From: Atractiella rhizophila
Lineage: Eukaryota
DNA: 63,551 nucleotides
Reading direction: 5' to 3'
NCBI GenBank assembly: GCA_021432655.1
Contig: MU271244.1
Location: 62,214-125,764 of the forward strand
Position numbers and translations under genes: made by a program
Notes under the pieces: generated by a model
Told to the model about the DNA's origin: nothing
What the model saw: the letters and a program-made list of their open reading frames with translations, nothing else
The model's database searches: none
In this document: in pieces, positions 54,425 through 63,551 of the stretch
Numbering within the stretch: the stretch's first letter is position 1
Layout of the letters: the number at the start of each line of letters is the position of its first letter

Positions 54425-55901
54425 TTAAAAGTCTGTCCGCTCGCTGAACTCCTTCCAATTTCGCTCCATCCGCTCGACAGTCTCCTCGATGCTCCATCCC
54501 TTCGCTTCACCGACCCGACGAACCATGTCTTCGACCTGCTCGTCCAATTGATCGATCTTGTTGAAGTCAGACTCCACCAGCAGTCTGTCTTCTGGGATAG
54601 AGGCGATGAGACTGGGAAGTTTGCTGGACCGTGAGTTGATGACTGTTGAGAAAGAAAAGTAGACATTTGGATGTTCTATTCAAAAAGTTTTCATCCGCGG
54701 GCAAGTGTTGGGTTGGGGAGAGACTTACTTCTTGTGATCGCTTGCACCGTCTGAGCTGAACCACCATAGGAGTGTAGATCAAGTTTGACACCTACTCCAG
54801 TCGTCAGAACTTGTATTGTTGAAAGCGAATAACTTGCCCCCTTCTCTTTTCCGCGTCCTTCCGCCTTTCCATCTCTGACTTGGATCAGGTTTGATCTCCT
54901 TCCCATTCTCATCGAACTCCAAATCCGCATCAAATCCCCACCAATCGTCCTGTCTGGACTCTCCAAGCGAATCAAGAACCTGAACCGTGATATCCTGAGC
55001 ACGAACGGAATGCATGGAGATGTTGCGTTGGAGATCTATCGCGAGGTGTAGTTGGGCTCTAAGGATCTGTAACTGATGTTCTGTTGGTGTGGAGAGCTTG
55101 GTGAATCGAAGAGCTGGTTTCGAGTTTGAATCTGAGCCGTCAGTGGAGGATGTGGCTTCTACAACTGTTGGATTCACGCCGTGCGCTTCATCGGAATGTG
55201 GATCGAAGGAGAGATCGCGTGGGATACGGAAGCTACGATCGAGACCTACTTCTCCTAACATTGCCTGTGGGTGATCAAGCAGGTTCTGCCTCCTGTTCTT
55301 CGCCATCAAAATGTTATACCGCTCAACAAAACGTGGGACCCACAAAGTCGACAGCATGTCCTGTAGGGATGTAGGCTCTGGAAACTGAGAAATAACTTCT
55401 TCCAGGTCCTCCGGACCATAACCTTGATCCTCGACTATGCCATCGCTGTTTTTAGGGAAGAACACGCTTTCGTAATGTTTTCGTTTCGGAGGAGGTGGAT
55501 TTTCGAGCGATATGTGATGCGCGAACCTTTGCGTTTGGGTTCAGCATTTTGGGAGGAGTTTAGGAGAAAGAAAGACCAAGGATGAACACCTACAATCAAT
55601 AGATCAGAGTCCCCTTTCCTCTGATCGGCAGCATGATGAAGCTCACCGTAACAAGGAACGACTTTGTCTCTGAATATATTGGCGAGTTTTGTAGTATAAT
55701 CTTGATTTGTCAAGGTAGAAGACATGACGACAATCTACAAACAGGTCCTTATTCGACTTGCAAGCAAAGAGCGAGAAAGTGACCAACTTTTCCAAGCTTG
55801 ACATCCGCGATTTTCAATGCGTTTTCTTCCCACTCCGGATGGTCCGTAGGGTGACAATGAGCATCAGTAAGTCGTCCCAGAAGCTCTGCGTTCATCAACA
55901 T
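54425..55901 (-). CDS. TatD-family metallohydrolase (Scn1-like)
   Basis: TDAHCHPTD, VVPCYG-VHPW, LGEVGLDR, ISMHSVRAQ, LHSYGGS, LLVESD. Confidence 0.85.
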
Positions 55902-56498
55902 GCTCTCAATGGTTGCTCAGTTCTTTGCTCACTCAAGCGACGAACTTCAGACCAAACTTTATCGTGGTTTCCCTTACCTTGTTTAAGCCCAGAGCTACGG
56001 TTCTCTTTCGAAAACAGGACAAACGGCATACACCCAAAATATACTCCTTACACTCCTTACAGTTCTGAGCTGCTTTAATTTTGAGGCTGCCAACAGCCAT
56101 AAGGGTACTACAACCAGTATTTCTCCCGCAACTCCCGCGGCATTCACAATTTTGTTCCAAAGGCTAACAGAGTTCCCGGCGCCTAAATGACACGCGGTAA
56201 GCGCCAATCGCACATGTTAACAACGCTGGGTCCTTGGACAGCCACTACGAAAATAAAAAGTAAGCAGCTTTTCATCCGAATTGACCTCTTTCCCTCTCCC
56301 TCACCTTCTCTCGACCCTCTCCCGGCCTATTGACCAATATATTGCCTTCGGAAAGGCACGCCGTAGACTGTGCACCTCGCTTGTCCCAGCGCCGTGCATT
56401 TAAAAGCCACCGCTCAACGTCATTTTCCCTTCCGATTCCTCTGGCCACCAACCAGTCATAGAGCTTTCCGTCACGGTACATAGGTCCAGTGATCCGCG

Positions 56499-58361
56499 AT
56501 GCCTAGCGCCAACGAAGAAATCGCTCAAATCGTCGCTCAGACGCAAGCTGGACAAGTCTCGAATCCGTGGGAAGAGATAGCGGTCGTCGTACACTCTTTA
56601 TTCTTTCCTACTTATCCAGACAGCGCCAAAGGACAATTCATATTCATCAGCGTCGTCTATGCCATTCTCCTCCTCCTTGCCATTGCCTGGTGAGCTTTTT
56701 CGAGGCCCTCCCTTCTTGAACTAGCTCACAGCTAATGACAGCTTGTGGCTACGACGAAAATCCCTTCCGTTCTTCCGCAGAGTCGGTGAGTCTGCTTTGG
56801 TGTCCGCTCTAGCGCACTGTGGGTGGAACTGATCTACTGTTGTAGACGGTTACGTTGTTGTCAATACCCCAATTTTGTTCATTGGCCCCATCGCCATCTA
56901 CCTCATTTTGAGTCAAGCTGCAATATGGAAGACGATTGCAATCCTGGACGGAAAACGAAACGGATCTTACGAGGGAATTTACATCCTTCGTGCTGGTAGC
57001 TGTACGTGGTGTTTCTCCGTTTTCCAATGCCGAAGTCCGATGACGTGCACTTTCAGGGACGTTTTTGTACATTGCTGGTTGGTACAAAGTAGGCTATTCC
57101 CTTCCAGTGCTGCGAGAAAGCGGATCTGATTGCTTTCAGGGTCTGGGTACGCTCATCGAGTCCAAGTTCACTTCGCAAGCCATCCAAAAGTCCAAATTCG
57201 CGGCAACGACTGGACGTAAGACTCGGCTCAGCTCTCTCGTCGCCGCCTACGTTGTCCCGGCTCTGCACTTCATTTGGCTCTGGCCATTAGCAGGAGCGGT
57301 CTCGGCTGTGTGCGATGATGCGTACCACAAGTGGGAGCGACTAGAAGACGAGGTGGTGCGGTTGGCCGAAACCAACAATCTTGCCACTTTCGCGTCAGAC
57401 CTTCAAACGCTCCTTGGCCCGCCTCTGCAAGACTTGCAAGATTCTTCAAACCAGTGTGTGCTTGTGCAACGCATAGATTATGCCACTATACTCGCATGGG
57501 TCATCTTGACACTCGGAAGCGTGGGTGGAGTAGCGTTTTTCGGGATGAGGAAAAAGCTACGACAGCAAGTGGAACTACACGAGAAGCTGGCGCAGGATTG
57601 GAAGGAGCTCTCGTTCAAGCAGGGCCTTGCGCTCTCTTACCAAGGCTCTGATCAGAAGGGTATGGGTTTATGAATTCAACTCTAGTTCTATTTCGTTGAC
57701 AGTGTGAGGATAGTCCGATTGATGAAGATTGCTGCTACCGATCTGACCGTTCAAGGCATCGTCTATTTTGGATGTACCGTCTCGTGGTGCTCGGCTCTCA
57801 TTGTCATCACTGCTGTTGGTACTCGAGGGCAATTAAATGTGGGTATCTCCCCAAGTCATTGGGTAAAAGGTGCTGAAAGTGAAACAGGGCGACCTTTTCG
57901 TGGCGATCCAACTCTGGGCCTTCTACACCTTCACCCTGCTCGGGATCCCCGCTCTCACTTCCTCCCTTCGTTCGGCCTGGATCGAAGGCGGTGCTCCGCC
58001 TCTGTACCTTCAAAACGAGCTCCTAAACACCGCTACCAGCGGGAACGTCTCAGGACAGGAGACGCCAAAGTTCAGGACACCCCCAATGAGCACTGGGTCA
58101 GCTTCTCCGCATGGTGCATCACACCTTCTACCCCACCGAACCTCTCCAGCTCCTGATTTCGCCCCTCATACCGCTCAATCCTTCGGATCGATAGCTCATC
58201 CCGAACCTCAATCCCCTGATCAGAATTTTCCCCAACAGTTCTCACAACAAGGTGCACAGTGGTTCCGACCCGCTTCGACCACGACAGAATCTACAGGTCC
58301 GAGTTATAACTCTTACGGATCGAACTCTCAAGATGGCATGATGCAACACGGTCCTCGTTAG
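56499..58361 (+). CDS. Hypothetical polytopic membrane protein with Ser/Pro/Gln-rich tail
   Basis: About 6-7 hydrophobic segments across exons (FIFISVVYAILLLLAIA; ILFIGPIAIYLILSQAAIW; YVVPALHFIWLWPLAGAV; TILAWVILTLGSVGGVAFF; LWAFYTFTLLGIPAL). Confidence 0.6.
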
Positions 58362-58608
58362 AAGACAGGGAGTGTATGACTTGTCCCACCGTAATTGTTG
58401 TTAAATAGGAGAAGTTGGTTAATACTTAATTCCCCATGTAACCTCGACTATGTTTTGTTCATCACTTGAGCCCAATTGATGAGCTTACAGAACGACATGA
58501 GTTTGCATGAGAACCCAAAGAAGAACATGAGAGACGACTGATACTCCATGGAAGACGCTTGTGCTAACTGCGGTAGTTGAAGATAGGCCATACTCATCTT
58601 AGACAAAC

Positions 58609-60621
58609 TTATTCAGAAGTTGAACCTTCGTTTTCGTAGGCTTCTAGCCTGGCAGCTTGCCTAACATGCAACATGAAATTAGCCATGTTTCCTTATGGTG
58701 GATAGGAGAGACGAACAACTCTTTGTGGGCCTCTTGCCACCGCTGCAGCTTGGCAATTTCGTGCACATTAAAACCGAAGATTTTCGGCCTGTCGCACGCA
58801 AGATCAACTTGGATGCCAAATTGCGAGACAACCGAACCTGTAGATAGATACCACGCCATTATTCTTCCCAGCAGTGCTGCTTCCCGCCTGATTTCCGCCA
58901 GAGCCAGAGTTGGGAACGTGTTTAGGAGGGACCATGTGAGGGTACATCATGAACAGCATGTGAGGAAAGGTAGTCCCAAAGTATGCTCCATCGATGCTTC
59001 CATGTCGGGAACTCTTGGGTGAATAGATATCCTCACATCGAGGGCAATAGAGCTTGACGGCCTTCTGATACGAGATATCGGAGAGTCCGACAGGAAGGAG
59101 GGGTTGACCGTAGCAGAGAACGCGGGGACAGCGTCCGAAATCAGCTTTCTTGTATTTCTCAATCTAAAGTTCTTTTAATCGGCGCCCCTAAAAAGACAGA
59201 TGGGGGTGTTAGGTGGTTATGAGGAGGTTTAGCTGTTTGGAAACCATAGAAAGTCGTTGCTCTCCGACTTCGAGCAAACCTCCTCTTTCCCTACGCTTTA
59301 GCAGTAAGGAACCACTTCCACACTAGAGAGGAAGAGAGTAACCCTTGCGTACCCGAGGAAACGTTATCTCTTTACAGTGGGAAGTTGAACTTATACTCAT
59401 CGTCTCTCGGTCACTAAGTCCACGACAGGACTCACGGTAGACGTTCCTGCTTCCGTCTAGTAGGTCCAAAAGGCACATCAGCTATTTATCTGGTTACCTA
59501 TGGGAGAATGTACAGTCTAACTCACGCCTGTTTTCGACACGGGATAGAGTAAGGGCTGTGGTGCTAGTCCCGTTGTAGTTCTCCTAACAAAGAATCGATC
59601 TTTCTCTCTCGTTGTCGACTCGTGTAGATAACCCGTGAGACCTTCCAGTACTTCAACACCCTAGGACACGACCATTACAAACCGCTTCGCAGCTCTTCCG
59701 CCGTATTTTAGTTCTTCAAGAAATACACTGTTCTTCTGGTGTTCGAAAGGTACGCCTCGTCTGTTCGTAACTGCTCTAGCTCTGTACTTGGTGGTTATTG
59801 CGGAACTGGAGAAAGAGGGGGTTAAAGAATTGTTGCCGCGCGCTGGGTTCTTCGCTTTCCAGCTCGTCCATTCCTAAAGCCGTAGACGGAGGAGTTTTTT
59901 ACCTAACTTTAACTACTTCTCGTCTGGTTCCTTCTATCAGCATGGAAAAGTTGCAGACAGATAGCTCCCCTCGATAAGAGTAAGAGGGACCTCATCTTCT
60001 TTGAAATTTTGGACTGGGTTTCTTGCCGCGAGGCCTTTTTAGGAGCGTTTGCTTCCTTTTGTTTGCTTCTATAGGGTTGAGTAGAACTCTTGAATCTGTA
60101 ATTCCGATCGGGATTCGCCCATAGTCTTGTTCTAGTCTTGCTAGTTGTCGTGCTCCTTCTAGTCCTATATTAGTCAGACATGGAGAGATAAACACCAAAC
60201 CTAGTTTCTATTACCCTCTACACTTCACCTACTTGAAAGCTGCCCCAGACTAAGTCTGATGTGGTGGTCGACCTAAAGAACCAAATACGTTTGGTTTCCT
60301 TTACTCATGAAAAACACTGCAACTGCTCCTCATATAGGAGCTGGCGAAGTTAGACTGCCCCGACTTACGCCTTCAAGTAGTAATATCAGTTCGAAACCTT
60401 GAGTATTGCCTAAGAAACCCACGTAACTGAGGAAAAGGGGACGCCAATGTTAGTGACTAACACCCTCGTCTTCTCCTCGACTCGCTGCTAAGTGCCCTTT
60501 GTCAGCTCTCGGTTCGTGCAGTAGAAATGCCAGAATAAGTACGTGCGAAATATCAATGGCAGGCTCCTAACGTCTTTTACCGTGCAGAGGTGTCTAAAAT
60601 ATAATTAACCTTGACTTTCGT
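58609..60621 (-). CDS. CKB1: Casein kinase II regulatory beta subunit (5' half lies in the mirrored segment; start unresolved)
   Basis: True minus strand: [66 protein letters not shown]. Complement-only reading of ~60240-60580: [60 protein letters not shown]. Confidence 0.95.
59167..60621. other. Second mirror-image (reversed, not complemented) segment
   Basis: CK2-beta exons read only as the complement of the + strand taken left to right. After flipping, an intron is rebuilt across the junction (gcacgt...aactgaaagca|tag). Confidence 0.95.
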
Positions 60622-60646
60622 NNNNNNNNNNNNNNNNNNNNNNNNN
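60622..60646. other. Assembly gap (25 N)
   Basis: Run of 25 n. Confidence 1.
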
Positions 60647-60701
60647 TTGAACCAACTCCAAGCTGGCCTTTGAGATTCGAGCCTGCACCAAAGACTTTCA
60701 T
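60647..60701 (-). CDS. Possible N-terminus of an RCC1-repeat (Ats1/Kti13-like) protein running into the gap
   Basis: MKVFGAGSNLKGQLGVGS matches the RCC1 signature GSNxxGQLG; only 18 codons visible. Confidence 0.45.
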
Positions 60702-62466
60702 GTCATCGAGTTAAAATTATTCGTGGTTCTCTCTCCTGCTATGGCCACGTGATTTGCACAAAAAACGCAGCAAAGTTGGACTCGAAAGGTAAAGACAATG
60801 ATAGTTTCAGTGATATCAGACCCAGTACGGGAGTAGTCTTTGTCACTCATCCCAGCTATATAGTCCAAGCATTATTGGCTAGCTTTGACAAGGAATAATT
60901 TGAAACGATCGTTTACTGCTTACTTTGGTTGCCTCTTAAGTTACTCTCAGAACGCTCTAAAGAGCATACGTATACGTCTCTTCTTTCTGCTTCTTCTTTA
61001 TCTAGTGTAGTTATTTTTATGAATCCTGAGCACTTGTTGAAACTCTGGGATTGCCTCATTGCTCGTTTCATGCCGACCACATTTATCTTCTCCGACCCTG
61101 TGGAAGTTTGAAGATGAAATTTTTCAGGCTAGGGAGGCAAATGTTAATGTACAAGGCTTGATTCGAGGCGCCGAAGGCATCTATTCCAAACCAGATCGAT
61201 ACTTATCCATGTTGCTCTGAATGCTTTGTTGAATGCGGCAGCGGTGAAAGCCCTCGTCCGTGCCAGGGAAGTGGATCGGCGCCTTCGATAATCCAGTTTT
61301 GTGGACCTTGGAAGATATGCGGCGTGCTGTATTCTTCCATTTGGTATCAGATCAGTCATACGGCATTTCCACTACTCATCATCGGAGGTGAAGGCGGTGC
61401 TTTCCTGGATCTTGAGCAGCATTTGACATATCCAATCTCTCAGGATTTGAAGGTGGCGCCGAATTGAAGAAGACCCAGTATAGTTTTGATTATGACGAAG
61501 TTTGTATGATGTTTTGTGAAAAGTGACGGCAAGGGAATGTGGTTTCGCCTGACCAACAAGCAAGTGTAAATGTCAGGGTAGGTCGCCGTGGAGCAACTTC
61601 AGTAAAATCACTGCTAATATGGACGGCATTGGATGCATGGAGACCAGCGTCTAATCGTCATATCACAATGTTGTTCGGCAAGAGGTGGAGACATATGGTG
61701 AATGGTATAACCCTTACGTGTCTCAGAATGCTAGAACAGAATATTCAAATATAAACTGTTTCCGCTGTGTGAACTGAAGGAGTATGCAGATTTGACCGCG
61801 TTGCATTTCGAGTGCTTTGTTAACACCAGAAGAGGAAAAGCCTGACATTTCATCTCAGGAAAAATAGTTCCCTTTTTCTTCTAATGTGTCTGACGCTGGG
61901 GACACTGGCCCTACACTGACACTAGCAGGATCTATGGTCTACAGTCGGGTAAACTCCTTGAGGAGAGGTTTATGAATGACAAATATGGGGGATGAGATTA
62001 TGGTGTAGACTCGCTTTCGACTGTCTGCCATGGCAATATTTTTTTGCGTCGTTATTTCGAAGGCACCTTATAAAAAAGGTCTGTAGATTTAAAAGTTTAT
62101 CGACCTTACTTGATACTCTCTCTGTAAACGCGGTTTATCCATCGTGCACGCGAGCCAGTGAACAAAGGGTCAAATGGATCTGATAATCGCCAGTGGGCGA
62201 AAATCAGTGACAGGTCCATCTGATTCTTTTGTTTTCCAGATCTGGCCGTGTAAGAACCGCTTAAATTTATGTAGTCTCTTTGTCCCTTTCGAGCGATTCA
62301 GAGATAGTGAGGGTCCTTTTGCCTTCACCAACTCCGCATGCTGCAACAGTATAAATGATCCCTCTACTCTGTTTCCCCAACTTCTTTTCTCCCAGCTTTT
62401 CAACCAGATTATTCTAGCCAGAGCATTCTGCGCATATCCTGTCTAACTTCATACCCACTTGATCAA

Positions 62467-63338
62467 ATGGATCCGTTCCAATACAACCCGTATGTGATCG
62501 TCTTCAACTCAGCCCAAGCTTTGTATGTCCCTTCCAAGTGCAACCACTTGTACGCTTATTTGTAACAACGAGCTCCATTTGCCAACTGTTTGATGGCCGA
62601 CTTGACATCGACCGTGGACGACCTCTCACTCCAGCGGAGATCATCTTCGCAGCTTCTGAAATTTCCAGCGCGGCTGAAACGCTAGAAAACCTGAAAAAGG
62701 ACCCTCCTTTCTTCAGAGGTGCGTACCTGAATCATGCAAGTCTGCTAAATGATGAATGATCGGTAACAGAAATTTCTGTTACGGAAACCTATCAAGACCC
62801 TATTGTGTTTGCGGACCGAGTTCTCGAATTTCTCCCAATACTTCGAGTAGCTCTACATCTCGGTCCTCTGGTGTATGCATTGGGAGATCGCCAAAGAGCT
62901 GAACACACAATCACTCTTGTGCGCCATCCCACTTCCACAAATGATCCTTCTTGCTTACAATACAACTAGGCAAATCACCTTCGTGCCATCCTTCATGATT
63001 TTCTTGCTGGAAATCATCCTTTGGTCTCAACTGAATGGATTGCCATCCATCAGAACCATATCCTGCATTGGCCAGAATTGCGAGACCTCTTCGAAGAAGC
63101 TGGCACAGTGGAAGAAAGTGTGGAGGTGAACCGAGACCCAGATTTGCAACTCATGGGAGAAAGCGAACCGGAAGTGATGTGCGAAATTGAGGAACAGTTG
63201 CAGACCATCATTGACACTTGGACGAAGCAACAAGAGTGGAAGACTATGAACAATCGGGAGCGCGAACAATGGTCCCCAGATTCAGATTCTTGGGGAACGT
63301 TATCTTCCACTTCTTCATCTCCTTTTCATTCAGCTTGA
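62467..63338 (+). CDS. Hypothetical protein (multi-exon, uncertain)
   Basis: Successive + ORFs (62538-62759, 63021-63338) with plausible GT-AG introns; acidic C-terminal part; no domain recognised. Confidence 0.3.
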
Positions 63339-63551
63339 CTCGACACTTTCCTTTCCCATTTTTTATCTTCTTGGACTGTGTATAGATGTTGTCCTCGCTT
63401 GTACTTCTGCTCTCAAATCTGTTGCGCTTCTCGTTCTCATTCTCGCATTTAGTTGCCAGTTTCAATTGTCTGATTACCGTTTACAACATGCACTAAATGT
63501 ACCTTCATACTTTTGTTGACCCTCGAAACCAATGTATCTAGCTCATCTCAT

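Noticed and set aside
60900..62450. Short ORFs as possible transposon remnants
   Set aside because: No transposase or reverse-transcriptase motif recognised in the frames I translated.

Overview
Intron-rich fungal nuclear DNA, basidiomycete-like. Pucciniomycotina is plausible from the GDP-mannose dehydratase and the protein styles, but that is inference. About 24 protein-coding genes are present: RPA1/RPA190, an alpha-arrestin, REX2, a cupin, a DnaJ protein, MMM1, an acyl-CoA synthetase, VPS33, two MDR oxidoreductases, glutathione reductase, two F-box proteins, MAK10, a PriA/CPL1-like secreted protein, ISC1, EXO84, GMD, a TatD-like hydrolase, a membrane protein, CK2-beta and several hypotheticals. 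Main observations: (1) Two segments next to 25-N gaps (887-2898 and ~59167-60621) are mirror images, reversed but not complemented. Read backwards they supply the missing middle of RPA1 and the 5' half of CK2-beta, and they are almost certainly gap-filling artefacts. (2) MMM1 has an in-frame TAG in its conserved SMP domain in both divergent copies, while differences downstream are 6/7 synonymous, which suggests readthrough or recoding. (3) REX2 and glutathione reductase have ATG-less, in-frame extensions resembling mitochondrial presequences. (4) There are three imperfect direct duplications (2605, ~410 and 165 bp), one containing a hAT-like transposon end. Exon boundaries were read by eye; gene identities come from recognised motifs, not database searches.
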